NCBI GenBank assembly: GCA_963665275.2
Contig: CAXXIN010000005.1
Coordinates: forward strand, 1-64,000
From: Negativicutes bacterium
GTDB lineage: Bacteria > Bacillota > Negativicutes > UBA1444
Direction of reading: 5' to 3'
Length of the DNA stretch: 64,000 bases
Positions 10,529 to 20,136 of the stretch are shown in pieces. Below the pieces are notes generated by a model, which was not told the DNA's origin, made no database searches, and saw only the letters and a list, made by a program, of their open reading frames with translations. Position 1 is the stretch's first letter. Each line of letters opens with the position of its first letter. The translations under genes and the position numbers were made by a program.

Positions 10529-11413
10529 ATGAAACTTTTAAACCTGTGCAAAGAATCTCGGTATGAATTAGGTGTGTTGACGCCGCAGGGGGTTCTGGAC
10601 GTCAATCGTGCAGCAATCCATTTTGCGAAAGCTGTTCCCGCTACCATGGAAGCGTTAATCGAAAGCGGCGCTGTGGGATATCAGGCGCTGGAAGGGCTGG
10701 TTCGGCAGGCGCAGGCGGAAAATTCGGAACTGCTGTTTTTGCCGGAAAAAGATATCGTGTACGGACCCTGTGTGACCAACCCGGAAAAAATTCTATGTGT
10801 GGGGCTGAATTATCGAAAACACGCAGTTGAGACGAAAATGCCCATTCCGGCCTCGCCGGTGCTTTTTAGCAAATTCAACAGTGCGTTGGCAGCCCACCAG
10901 GAAATTATCCACCTTTCGCCTTTGGCTGAAAAAATCGATTACGAGGTTGAATTGGTCATCGTGATTGGGAAAACCGCTCAAAGCGTTTCTGAATCCGAAG
11001 CATTATCCTATGTGTTTGGATATGCAACAGGCAACGATTTGTCTGATCGCGGCCTCCAGTTTAAAAGCAGCCAGTGGCTGTTGGGCAAGGCTTGTGACAA
11101 ATTTGCCCCTGTCGGGCCGTATCTCGTGACGGCGGATGAGGCGCCGGACCCTGATCGTCTGCATCTGGAGTGCCGCGTGAATGGCGAAATGCGGCAATCA
11201 TCCAACACGCAAGATATGATATTTAACTGTGCGGCATTAATCAGCTATATTTCGCACTACATAACATTGAAACCAGGCGACCTGATTTTCACAGGAACGC
11301 CGGAAGGCGTCATTGTCGGATATCCCCCGGAAAAACAGGTATGGTTGAAGGCAGGAGATGAAGTCGTAACTTCGGTCGAGGGACTGGGTGAATTGCGGGT
11401 AGTTTTGGCGTAG
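10529..11413 (+). CDS. Fumarylacetoacetate hydrolase family protein
   Basis: CVGLNYRKH, DYEVEL, GNDLSDR, FTGTPEGV; AAGGAG RBS before ATG 10529. Confidence 0.9.
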   Translation: MKLLNLCKESRYELGVLTPQGVLDVNRAAIHFAKAVPATMEALIESGAVGYQALEGLVRQAQAENSELLFLPEKDIVYGPCVTNPEKILCVGLNYRKHAVETKMPIPASPVLFSKFNSALAAHQEIIHLSPLAEKIDYEVELVIVIGKTAQSVSESEALSYVFGYATGNDLSDRGLQFKSSQWLLGKACDKFAPVGPYLVTADEAPDPDRLHLECRVNGEMRQSSNTQDMIFNCAALISYISHYITLKPGDLIFTGTPEGVIVGYPPEKQVWLKAGDEVVTSVEGLGELRVVLA

Positions 11414-11451
11414 GAGACGGATACTTAATTTGGCGCAAATTCGCACATTTT

Positions 11452-11479
11452 TCAATTGTTATTATGCTTTTGTCGAAAT
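11452..11479 (+). promoter_or_regulatory. Putative sigma28/SigD promoter
   Basis: TCAA-N16-GTCGAAAT versus consensus TAAA-N16-GCCGATAT. Confidence 0.45.
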
Positions 11480-11585
11480 ATAACGATACATATTAGTAGA
11501 ACTGTAACCACATTTTGAGTGGCAAGGATGAAAAACCGCATCTGTGGGGAGACACAGTTCGAAAAAAATCCAAGGAGGGATTATT

Positions 11586-12224
11586 ATGGCCATTAATTCA
11601 GTGAACACGGCGACTCAACAAGGAGTTGCCAGTTCGGCAAGTCTGGTCCGTGAGACAGCGAATAGCGCTGCGGCTACGGAAAATACCCAAGTTGCTTCAA
11701 CGGGAGAGGCTGCTGTTTTTGAAAAAACAGCTCAGGCGGTGTCCGGAAACAAAACGTATACTCGCGATACTGTTACGCTAGGTGAAATTAATCAGCAGGT
11801 TGAAACAAAGTTGTCGTCGCTGCGCGCCGCCGTGGAAAATCTGGTGGCAATGCAGGGTGTTAAGACCGGTGAAGCGCAGGGACTTAGTTATGACCAGATC
11901 ATGACAAAATATGACGGAAAACTGAAGGAGTTTTATCAAAATCTGAAGGTTGATGATGCTACTCGCTTAAAGGCGCAGCAGGATATTTCGGCAGACGGGT
12001 TTTGGGGAGTTAAACAGACTTCGGAACGAACGATAGAATTTGCCAAAGCTATATCGGGCGGAGATCCAGCCAAGATCGAATTATTGCGTCAGAGCATCAT
12101 CGATGGCTACGCAGCGGCTGAAAAATCGTGGGGCGGAGAATTACCGGAAATCAGCAAGCAAACGCAGGAAGCTACACTAAAGGGACTGGATGACTGGGCC
12201 AAAGAAGCATCCCAAACGGCGTAG
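11586..12224 (+). CDS. Conserved hypothetical protein (DGFWGV..TSER..FAK..GGD..WGGELPEIS family), possibly flagellar-exported
   Basis: AAGGAGG RBS, ATG 11586; low-complexity Ala/Ser/Thr N-terminus and helical C-terminal domain. Confidence 0.75.
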   Translation: MAINSVNTATQQGVASSASLVRETANSAAATENTQVASTGEAAVFEKTAQAVSGNKTYTRDTVTLGEINQQVETKLSSLRAAVENLVAMQGVKTGEAQGLSYDQIMTKYDGKLKEFYQNLKVDDATRLKAQQDISADGFWGVKQTSERTIEFAKAISGGDPAKIELLRQSIIDGYAAAEKSWGGELPEISKQTQEATLKGLDDWAKEASQTA

Positions 12225-12251
12225 GCTACTTTCATAGCGAATGATAATAAC

Positions 12252-12278
12252 GAAAACCCGCGAAGTTCGCGGGTTTTC
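12252..12278. terminator. Bidirectional terminator with CCCGCGA-N3-TCGCGGG core
   Basis: gaaaacccgcgaa g ttcgcgggttttc between convergent genes. Confidence 0.75.
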
Positions 12279-12307
12279 TGGTTTCTGTATAGCGTCACGA
12301 CTTGGCC

Positions 12308-13231
12308 TTATTCAGTGATTGATTGTGCTTTCGTAATAATGATGACTGCGCAAAGGATGATGGACGCTGCAAAAGTATCAGAGGAGGTTAGCTGCTCACC
12401 AGCCAGCAGCCAACCCAGGAATACGGCCACGACCGGGTTTACATAGGCGTAAGTGGAAACGATCGTGGAATCGGTGGATTTCAGCAGCCAAATGTATGCG
12501 CCAAAGCCGATGAGTGAGCCGAAGATGATCAGGTAGATCAGCGAGAGAGCAGAACTCATTGAAATGGTTCTGAATGAAAAGTTAGCCCATTCACCTAATA
12601 ATAAGCTGAGGAGGAAATAGCAGGCGCCTCCGGTAAGGTTTTGCAGTGCAACCGACATAAAGGGTGATTTCGGTAGGCGAGAAGTACGAGAACACAAAGA
12701 ACCCCAAGCCCACGAGACGGCCGCCAACGTTGCTACGAGGTAGCCCAGCCATTCCAACGTATTGCCTTCAATCTGAGTTACCGAGTTTTTGACTAGCAGA
12801 ATTACGCCGCAAAATCCCACGATCAAACCCAAAATGACCAAAGGCTTGGGGCGGTCGCCACTTTGAAATACCCAGTCGATCAGAGCCATCCAGAAAGGAA
12901 CTGTAGCAAAAATAATAGCAGCAATGCTGGTGGGGATGAATTGTTGCGCCCAGACCAGCCCCCCCATTGAAAGAACTAGTAACAGAGTGCTTACCATGGC
13001 GGCGCTGAGCCACTGCGATTTCCCCGGATGCGGGTTTCCTTTTCGCCATTCCCATAGATAGACCAAGGCGCCGGCCGTGAAGAAACGCAACCCACCCATT
13101 AGAAAAGGCGGAATGGTTTCGATCGCTACCTTCATTGCCAGATAGGTTCCACCCCAAAAAAAGTATACTGCGAATAAAGCTGCGATAATCTGCATGCGCA
13201 AAGTTTGAGGCGAGGTTGCCTGTTGTTGCAT
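12308..13231 (-). CDS. EamA/DMT transporter (YedA-like)
   Basis: VYFFWGGTYLA, IPPFLMGGLRF, STYAYVNPVVAV; about 10 TM helices. Confidence 0.9.
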   Translation of the reverse strand: MQQQATSPQTLRMQIIAALFAVYFFWGGTYLAMKVAIETIPPFLMGGLRFFTAGALVYLWEWRKGNPHPGKSQWLSAAMVSTLLLVLSMGGLVWAQQFIPTSIAAIIFATVPFWMALIDWVFQSGDRPKPLVILGLIVGFCGVILLVKNSVTQIEGNTLEWLGYLVATLAAVSWAWGSLCSRTSRLPKSPFMSVALQNLTGGACYFLLSLLLGEWANFSFRTISMSSALSLIYLIIFGSLIGFGAYIWLLKSTDSTIVSTYAYVNPVVAVFLGWLLAGEQLTSSDTFAASIILCAVIIITKAQSITE

Positions 13232-13310
13232 GATTGGTGTCTCCTGTTTTCAAGCCGATTTTGATTGTTTAACTGTAAGTATAAATATATAATTTGCATT
13301 AGAAAAGAGA

Positions 13311-13343
13311 ATGTTTTTAATGCATTGCATGAGGAAAATTCAT
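13311..13343. promoter_or_regulatory. Two tandem LysR-type boxes (ATG-N9-CAT) between the divergent eamA and lysR genes
   Basis: ATGtttttaatgCAT (13311-13325) and ATGaggaaaattCAT (13329-13343), both fitting T-N11-A. Confidence 0.5.
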
Positions 13344-13363
13344 ATAAGGCTGGGGTTGAAGAG

Positions 13364-14251
13364 ATGACGATTTCCCGCTACGAAATTTTTCATTCGGTTG
13401 TGGAATTAGGCAGTTTGACCAAAGCGGCTGAAAACTTGAATCTAACGCAATCCGGCGTTAGTCATGCCATAGCCAGCTTGGAAACGGAACTGGGGTTTTC
13501 ATTACTTACACGAGATCGGGCTGGCGTGACCTTAACGACGAACGGCGAACTTGTTTTAAAGTATGTGCGGGAAACTTTGCAATGCAACGACCGTTTGCAG
13601 CAACAAGTAGCTGAAATTAAAGGAATTCAAATTGGAACGGTAAGGATTGGTACGTTTACCAGCGTGTCTTCCCAGTGGTTGCCTGGGATTATTAAGGAAT
13701 TCCAAAGCCAGTATCCCATGATCGAAATCAAAATGTTCGAGGGAGATTATGATGACATCAATCGCTGGATAGCGAATGGAACTGTTGATTTTGGCTTTGT
13801 GTCCCTACCTGTAACCCAGGCATTTGAGTTCGTACCCTTAAAAAAAGATAAACTGGTATGTGTATTGCCCAAAGACCATGCGTTGCAGCATCAAGCTGAA
13901 ATCACTTTTGATCAGATCAAATCGGAAGCGTTCATAATGCCGAAGTGGGGAACGCATGGGGATGTGCGGCGAATTCTGTTGGAAAACAATTTAAAACCGC
14001 ACATAAAATATGAAGTGGTAGAAGATCAGGCGATTGTTGCCATGGTGAAAAATGGCCTGGGGATAAGCATATTGCCAGAGATGGTACTACTCAACAATAC
14101 TCGTGATATACAGGTGATGAATCTGGAGAAAACGGCATATCGAACAATCGGGATTGCTCTGAGCTCGATGGAAAAGAGTTCGCCTGCCGCAAAGAAATTT
14201 GTGACCTGCATACGATCCTGGCTAAATAGCCAAAAACTGTTGGATTTTTAA
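13364..14251 (+). CDS. LysR family transcriptional regulator
   Basis: SLTKAAENLNLTQSGVSHAIASLETELG HTH; divergent from EamA. Confidence 0.93.
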   Translation: MTISRYEIFHSVVELGSLTKAAENLNLTQSGVSHAIASLETELGFSLLTRDRAGVTLTTNGELVLKYVRETLQCNDRLQQQVAEIKGIQIGTVRIGTFTSVSSQWLPGIIKEFQSQYPMIEIKMFEGDYDDINRWIANGTVDFGFVSLPVTQAFEFVPLKKDKLVCVLPKDHALQHQAEITFDQIKSEAFIMPKWGTHGDVRRILLENNLKPHIKYEVVEDQAIVAMVKNGLGISILPEMVLLNNTRDIQVMNLEKTAYRTIGIALSSMEKSSPAAKKFVTCIRSWLNSQKLLDF

Positions 14252-14322
14252 TCGTAGCGCGATCTGGGGGCTTGTAACTGTGGATTTTTATCTCGATATA
14301 TGATATAAATATTCTCGACTAG

Positions 14323-14368
14323 GCAAAGAAGCCTGTTTTCTTAATTGTAAGCAAACAGGCTTCTTTGC
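14323..14368 (+). terminator. 16-bp inverted repeat hairpin between lysR and dcuC
   Basis: gcaaagaagcctgttt ... aaacaggcttctttgc. Confidence 0.55.
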
Positions 14369-14472
14369 TCTATTATATTGATAATAAGGAGGGTAAATGA
14401 GTCGCTAGGGCAGAGAATACTGCTTTATGTGAACATCTGGGCGAAACTTTTTGAAAAGAGAGGATTTTTATT

Positions 14473-15726
14473 ATGATGATTATTCTTGGCTCGATTGTGG
14501 TGCTTGTGACAATTTATTTTTTAATCAAGCGGCATGATGCGCGACTGGTACTGCTCGTTTCTGGCATTATTATGGCCTGTTTGGCCGGCACGCCGATGGC
14601 ATCATTGGATGCCTTTGCGAAAAATATGATTAATGGCGGTCTGATTCAGGCCGTTTGCTCTGTTATGGGCTTTGCGATGGTAATGCGGTATACAGAATGC
14701 GACAAGCATTTAATTAATTTTATGGCCGCAGGACTTTCCAAATTTCGCCCGATTTTGATTCCTGGCGTTGTATTTGCAACGTACGCAGTCAATGTTGCAC
14801 TACCCAGCGCTGCGGGAACCGCGGCAGCAGCCGGTGCGATATTTGTGCCGCTGATGATGTCGGCAGGCGTGCATCCGGCGATGTCGGCTGCGGCCGTAAA
14901 ATGCGGGACCTATGGCAGCATGCTGAATCCGGGCTTGTCACACAACCCTTTTGTGGCCAAGATTGCAGGCGTCAGTGTTATGGATGTTATTGGATTCCAT
15001 TACAAAGCTAATATTGCATCTTTGATTATTGCCGCCATTTTAATTACGGCGCTTGCTTACTACAAAAAAGAGCATAAAGGCTATAAAGCTGAAGGGCTGG
15101 AAGCCGAAGCCTCCTTCAAAGTGAATTATCTGTATGCGTTGATGCCTCTTTTTCCGATCATCATTTTGATATTAGGAACAACCAGAATTGTGCCGTTTTT
15201 TAAAATGGATGTACCGCAAGCCATGATTATCGGTGCGATAGCGTCGTTTGCGGTGACACGAAAAAATCCTGTCAAAATGAGCAATGCTTTCTTTGATGGC
15301 ATGGGAAAAGCCTATGGTGAAATTCTCGGGATTATCATAGCGGCGGGGGTATTTGTTTCCGGTATGACGGCCATGGGACTTGTAAAGGCATTTACTACGG
15401 CGATGTTGAATAATCCCGCCATTGTGAAGCTTTGCGCCGCAGCCGGTCCGTTTATTTTGGGATTGGTTACCGGTTCCGGGGATGCCGCCGCCTTTGCCTT
15501 TAATGAAGCGGTTACGCCCCATGCAGCCGAGTTTGGCATGTCGCCGGTGCAAATGGGTAGCATGGCGATGCTGGGAGGAACACTGGGGCGCACAATGTCG
15601 CCGATCGCCGGAGCAACCATCATTATCGCCGGCATTGCCGGTGTAAATCCGATGGAAGTCGCCAGACGCAATGTCTTACCGATGGTGGGGGCTGTGATCG
15701 TCGGTATGACTATTTTGCTGATGTAG
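14473..15726 (+). CDS. dcuC: DcuC-family C4-dicarboxylate transporter
   Basis: VMGFAMVMRYTECDKHL, LPSAAG, GSGDAAAFAFN, GRTMSPIAG. Confidence 0.8.
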   Translation: MMIILGSIVVLVTIYFLIKRHDARLVLLVSGIIMACLAGTPMASLDAFAKNMINGGLIQAVCSVMGFAMVMRYTECDKHLINFMAAGLSKFRPILIPGVVFATYAVNVALPSAAGTAAAAGAIFVPLMMSAGVHPAMSAAAVKCGTYGSMLNPGLSHNPFVAKIAGVSVMDVIGFHYKANIASLIIAAILITALAYYKKEHKGYKAEGLEAEASFKVNYLYALMPLFPIIILILGTTRIVPFFKMDVPQAMIIGAIASFAVTRKNPVKMSNAFFDGMGKAYGEILGIIIAAGVFVSGMTAMGLVKAFTTAMLNNPAIVKLCAAAGPFILGLVTGSGDAAAFAFNEAVTPHAAEFGMSPVQMGSMAMLGGTLGRTMSPIAGATIIIAGIAGVNPMEVARRNVLPMVGAVIVGMTILLM

Positions 15727-15757
15727 AGCTTTTCCTTTTCTCAATGTAAACTATGCC

Positions 15758-15794
15758 GCAAAAATCCCGCGAATTTCGCGGGATTTTTGCTTTG
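15758..15794 (+). terminator. Intrinsic terminator with CCCGCGA-N3-TCGCGGG core
   Basis: gcaaaaatcccgcgaa t ttcgcgggatttttgc ttt. Confidence 0.75.
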
Positions 15795-15910
15795 GGGGCA
15801 ACGCGAACAGTGAAGGGAATAAGGCCTTGGCGTTTAATAATATATAGGTGGATACTAACCGTGAGGAGAGTTGAAACATATAAAATTGAAAGCAGGAGGC
15901 ACGAACAATT

Positions 15911-16315
15911 ATGATCAATTTCCAGCTGGCGCAAGAAATGATTGACAAGGCGGTCGAAATGGCGGTAGAAAAGTATCAGCGGCCTATTTGCGTTGCAATC
16001 TGTGACAATTATGGTTTTTTGATTGCCTTTGCGCGCATGGATGGAGCTCCGATTCGCAGTATTGAGATTTCACAGGGAAAAGCCTATACTTCAGCGCGCA
16101 TGTGCGTAAATACCAATGCTTTTTTGGAACGACTTCACCGCGAAAATATTCCTGCCAGCTACTTCTGCGATGAAAACTTGACCGGATTGGCTGGAGGCAG
16201 CATCTTTAAGGATGCCGGAGGAAATATAATAGGCGCTGGCGGAGTTAGCGGACTGACTTCTGGTGAAGATCAGGAAATCGCCGATATGATGGCGGAATTA
16301 GCAAAACAAGCTTAA
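15911..16315 (+). CDS. GlcG/HbpS family heme-binding protein
   Basis: CVAICD..G..IAFARMDGA, KAYTS, GAGGVSG....D. Confidence 0.85.
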   Translation: MINFQLAQEMIDKAVEMAVEKYQRPICVAICDNYGFLIAFARMDGAPIRSIEISQGKAYTSARMCVNTNAFLERLHRENIPASYFCDENLTGLAGGSIFKDAGGNIIGAGGVSGLTSGEDQEIADMMAELAKQA

Positions 16316-16369
16316 CCGATGCAAAACGAAAACATAGTGCGGGAATCCCATTAGCAAGGAGGGGTGTGC

Positions 16370-16837
16370 TTGTTCAGGGAGATGCGGCGCAAAGAAAAGA
16401 CAATGCCGGAGGCTGATGCGCTCAGAATCCTCAGGGAGGCGGAGTTTGGGACGTTGGCAACAGTAGGCGCGGATGGGTATCCGTATGCGGTTGTCTTGAA
16501 CTATGTATTGGATGGGAATTCGATTTATTTTCATACGGCTCATGGTGGTCATAAAGTTAGCAATATTGGTTTCTGTGAACGTGTCTGTTTCTCAGTGGTC
16601 GGATACCACAAGTTACTGGCAGAAAAGTTCGATACTGAATATGATAGTGTCATCGTATTCGGTACTGCTAGCCGTGTGGAAGATGAGAACGAAAAGAGAA
16701 AAGCCTATATGGGGCTGATCGAAAAATATTCGTCCGCCTACAAAGCCCAAGGAGTGGATCATATTGCCCAGGCCAGTGGGACGGCGGCCGTTTACCGGAT
16801 AAACATTGAACATAAGACAGGGAAAGTCGGACGGTAA
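16370..16837 (+). CDS. Pyridoxamine 5'-phosphate oxidase-like flavoprotein (NimA-like)
   Basis: FREMRRK, GYPYAVVLNY, IYFH..GHK, YDSVIVFG. Confidence 0.85.
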   Translation: MFREMRRKEKTMPEADALRILREAEFGTLATVGADGYPYAVVLNYVLDGNSIYFHTAHGGHKVSNIGFCERVCFSVVGYHKLLAEKFDTEYDSVIVFGTASRVEDENEKRKAYMGLIEKYSSAYKAQGVDHIAQASGTAAVYRINIEHKTGKVGR

Positions 16838-16883
16838 GACAGGCAGCTATACATTGAGAGGGAAAACCGGGAGGGGTAAAGAG

Positions 16884-17606
16884 ATGACGAAAATAGAAGA
16901 ACTGCAACAGCTGATTTCTGCCAGCGACAACATCGTGTTTTTTGGTGGAGCCGGCGTATCGACCGAAAGTGGAATCCCTGATTTTCGCAGCGTTGATGGG
17001 CTTTATAACCAGCAATATAAGTATCCGCCGGAAGTGATGTTGAGCCACACTTTCTATGCAGAACGCACTGCGGAGTTTTTTGATTTCTACAGAAAAAAGA
17101 TGATTATCCCGGATGCGAAGCCGAACAAGGCGCATTATAAGCTGGCTGAACTTGAGAAAGCTGGCAAGCTCAAAGCGGTCATCACACAAAATATCGATGG
17201 GCTGCACCAAATGGCGGGCAGCAAGATGGTGCTGGAACTTCACGGGTCGGTAAAAAGAAATTATTGTGAGCGTTGCAAAAAAAAATATGATGATTCCTTC
17301 ATTTTGCACAGCGTTGGCGTTCCGACCTGCTCCTGCGGTGGATCCATCAAACCCGACGTGGTTTTGTATGAAGAGGGGCTGGACCAGGACATAACGCAGC
17401 AAGCGGTGGCGTATATCTCAAAGGCTGATGTACTGATTGTCGGTGGAACTTCTCTGGTGGTTTATCCCGCAGCCGGGATGATCGATTATTTTCGCGGCAA
17501 TAAGCTGATTTTGATCAATCGGGCCGCAACTTCCACGGACCGAAAGGCCCATCTTTTGATTCAGGATAGCATCGGCGAGGTGCTCGGCCAAATTTCGGCA
17601 GTTTGA
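16884..17606 (+). CDS. cobB: NAD-dependent protein deacylase (sirtuin)
   Basis: GAGVSTESGIPDFRS, ITQNIDGLH, ELHGS, CxxC...CxC zinc motif, KPDVVLY, GTSL. Confidence 0.92.
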   Translation: MTKIEELQQLISASDNIVFFGGAGVSTESGIPDFRSVDGLYNQQYKYPPEVMLSHTFYAERTAEFFDFYRKKMIIPDAKPNKAHYKLAELEKAGKLKAVITQNIDGLHQMAGSKMVLELHGSVKRNYCERCKKKYDDSFILHSVGVPTCSCGGSIKPDVVLYEEGLDQDITQQAVAYISKADVLIVGGTSLVVYPAAGMIDYFRGNKLILINRAATSTDRKAHLLIQDSIGEVLGQISAV

Positions 17607-17678
17607 GCGGAAACCGATAAAAACTTCCGTAATTCCTTTTTAATATATAATAGTATTATTGAAAAGAGGTGCTGAAAT

Positions 17679-18131
17679 TTGAGAGCAGAAAGAAGTTTTG
17701 TGAACAAATTGCTCGGTGTTTTAATGCTGGCGATGGTGGCGTTAAACTCCATTCCATCCCAGGCTTTGGCTTTTACCATTGATGTTAACAATCCTTATTC
17801 CGAAAAGATGGATGTTGCTTTCATTGATTTTGAGGATCAGGTTGGCAAGTGGAGGATTCATGGTTGGTTTTCGGTAAATCCGACAACTACCAGACGGATC
17901 AATATGCCCTCATCCACAATGAGAAACTACATTTACATGTACGTGCAGACCGCCAATGCCATGTGGTCTGGAGAGGGGATTCCCAGTTCGATGGTTTACA
18001 CGGTGGTCGGCAACGCATTCAACTATTACGAGGGGCAAACCGCGCCAGCGGGTCCTAACCGACGACAAGTATTCTTTGTGAAATATGAATTGGACAAAGG
18101 GTTCATGTATTGGACGCCGGACTCAGAATAA
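17679..18131 (+). CDS. Secreted DUF1036-like protein
   Basis: Signal peptide (PSQALA), WRIHGWFSVNP motif. Confidence 0.6.
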   Translation: MRAERSFVNKLLGVLMLAMVALNSIPSQALAFTIDVNNPYSEKMDVAFIDFEDQVGKWRIHGWFSVNPTTTRRINMPSSTMRNYIYMYVQTANAMWSGEGIPSSMVYTVVGNAFNYYEGQTAPAGPNRRQVFFVKYELDKGFMYWTPDSE

Positions 18132-18218
18132 GCAGGTACGCAGATGGCGGCCATCACACAAAACATCGATGGGTTGTGTGACGATAGATTCTCTTTGCAC
18201 CAGACTGCTGGCGCTTGA
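18132..18218 (+). pseudogene. Relic fragment of a second sirtuin gene
   Basis: Translates AGTQMAAITQNIDGL-CDDRFSL-HQTAG versus cobB AGKLKAVITQNIDGLHQMAG; 18147-18176 matches 17175-17204 at 27/30 nt. Confidence 0.6.
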
Positions 18219-18320
18219 TTTGCAGTACGGGAATATGTTATAGTGATAAAAATTGAAAAAGAGCACAAAATGGGGAACACCACCGAAAGGGTGTCACTCT
18301 CATTCTGTGCTCTTTTTATT
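18215..18320 (+). promoter_or_regulatory. SigA-like promoter followed by a long leader hairpin with U-tract upstream of thiS
   Basis: TTGATT...TGtTATAGT, then aaaaagagcaca...tgtgctcttttt hairpin. Confidence 0.5.
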
Positions 18321-18348
18321 TTGTGTCGAAGAAAGGGAGGTGAGAGGC

Positions 18349-18543
18349 ATGAAACTTAACGGTAAGGTGGTAACGTTGGAGCAGGAGCAGCCTTTATCTG
18401 AGTTCCTTGCAGCGCAACAATTTAACTACAGCGACATTGCGGTGGAGCGTAACGGAGAGATTGTTCCCAAAGCAGATTATGGGAACATCCGGATTTCTGA
18501 TGCAGATACGTTGGAGATTGTTCGATTTGTAGGTGGTGGTTGA
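18349..18543 (+). CDS. thiS: Sulfur carrier protein
   Basis: [11 protein letters not shown]-terminal FVGGG; GGGAGG RBS before ATG 18349. Confidence 0.95.
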   Translation: MKLNGKVVTLEQEQPLSEFLAAQQFNYSDIAVERNGEIVPKADYGNIRISDADTLEIVRFVGGG

Positions 18544-18546
18544 TCA

Positions 18547-19350
18547 ATGCAAGTAAGCGTGAATGGGAAAAGACGCAATCTCAACTGCCGAAGTGCCTTT
18601 GAAGCCAGAGCGCAGCTGGGAAATGAAACCGATATTGTTATTTTAAACGGCTTTCAGATCGACAGCGACTGCCCCTTGTCAGAAGGAGACACGCTGGTGA
18701 TCATTCGAAAAGGCTCCATGCCCGGAAAAGAGGAACTGGAGAGCATGATGGTGGCGCGACATACGCCGGCAGTGCATAACAAATTGAAGCAGGGCCTTGT
18801 TGCAATTGCCGGCCTGGGTGGTCTGGGATCCAATATTGCGGTTATGCTGGCCAGAATCGGAGTAGGACAGCTGCTTTTGGTCGACTTCGACATCGTGGAG
18901 CCCAGCAATTTAAATCGGCAAAGTTATTATATCCGTCATTTGGGAATGCCAAAAACCTTGGCGCTGCAAAGCCAATTGGCGGAAATAAATCCGTTCATTC
19001 AAATCCAAACGCGTACGGTGCGGGTGGCTGCAGAAAATGTCGCCGAGTTGTTCGGCGGCTATGGGATCATTTGTGAAGCGTTCGATAAGCCGGAGGCCAA
19101 GGCTATGCTGGTAAATACGGCGCTGGAAGAACTTCCGGGGGTTAAAATCGTTGCTGCTTCTGGCATGGCCGGATTCTCGAGTTCCAATTCGATCAAGACC
19201 AAACGCCCCATGGACCGGCTATATGTCTGCGGCGATCTTGAAACCGGCGCCGGAATCGGCACAGGGCTGATGGCGCCCAGAGTGCAGATCTGTGCGGGGC
19301 ATCAGGCCAATATGGTTTTGCGGCTGTTGGTGGGAGAAGAAGAAATATAA
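18547..19350 (+). CDS. thiF: ThiS adenylyltransferase with N-terminal ThiS-like domain
   Basis: [35 protein letters not shown]. Confidence 0.92.
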   Translation: MQVSVNGKRRNLNCRSAFEARAQLGNETDIVILNGFQIDSDCPLSEGDTLVIIRKGSMPGKEELESMMVARHTPAVHNKLKQGLVAIAGLGGLGSNIAVMLARIGVGQLLLVDFDIVEPSNLNRQSYYIRHLGMPKTLALQSQLAEINPFIQIQTRTVRVAAENVAELFGGYGIICEAFDKPEAKAMLVNTALEELPGVKIVAASGMAGFSSSNSIKTKRPMDRLYVCGDLETGAGIGTGLMAPRVQICAGHQANMVLRLLVGEEEI

Positions 19351-19364
19351 GGAAGGTGATTGGC

Positions 19365-20132
19365 ATGAACGATCAGTTAATGATTGGAGGACATGCATTT
19401 CAGTCTCGATTAATTTTAGGCTCAGGGAAATTTTCGCTTGCACTGACGCAGGCGGTAATCCAGCATGGTGAAGTGGAAATGGTGACCCTCGCCTTGCGCA
19501 GGGCTAATGTCGGCGGGCAGGAGAATATATTGGACTACATTCCGAAAGGGATCACGCTGTTGCCGAATACTTCCGGGGCCAGAAACGCGGCGGAAGCCGT
19601 TCGGATTGCCAGGCTGGCGCGCGAAATAGGCTGCGGTGATTTTATTAAACTGGAGGTCATTCACGATTCCAAATATCTGCTGCCGGATAACTGCGAAACC
19701 ATCAAGGCTACGGAGATTCTCGCCAAAGAAGGATTCATAGTCATGCCTTACATGTATCCGGATTTGTATGCGGCCCGCGCGCTGGCGGATGCCGGGGCTG
19801 CTTCGGTCATGCCTCTGGGGGCACCGATCGGCAGTAACAAGGGGCTGTGCACGAAAGAGTTCATCCGCATCTTGGTGGAGGAGATCAATCTGCCGATCAT
19901 TGTTGATGCGGGAATCGGACGGCCGTCAGAGGCCTGCGAAGCGATGGAGATGGGAGCAGATGCGGTGATGTGCAATACGGCTATCGCGACCGCCGGCGAT
20001 ATAGCGCTAATGGCAGGAGCTTTCAAGCAGGCGGTTCGGGCCGGACGTGCGGCATATTTGGCTGGTATGGGGCGAGTTTTGGACACCCAGGCGGAAGCGT
20101 CCAGTCCCTTGACCGGATTTTTGGAGGCGTAA
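19365..20132 (+). CDS. thiG: Thiazole synthase
   Basis: [43 protein letters not shown]. Confidence 0.96.
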   Translation: MNDQLMIGGHAFQSRLILGSGKFSLALTQAVIQHGEVEMVTLALRRANVGGQENILDYIPKGITLLPNTSGARNAAEAVRIARLAREIGCGDFIKLEVIHDSKYLLPDNCETIKATEILAKEGFIVMPYMYPDLYAARALADAGAASVMPLGAPIGSNKGLCTKEFIRILVEEINLPIIVDAGIGRPSEACEAMEMGADAVMCNTAIATAGDIALMAGAFKQAVRAGRAAYLAGMGRVLDTQAEASSPLTGFLEA

Positions 20133-20136
20133 TGCT

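Noticed and set aside
16884-17606. Sirtuin as an anti-phage (Thoeris/DSR-type) effector
   Set aside because: It is a short classical CobB with zinc motif and no fused or neighbouring defence genes.
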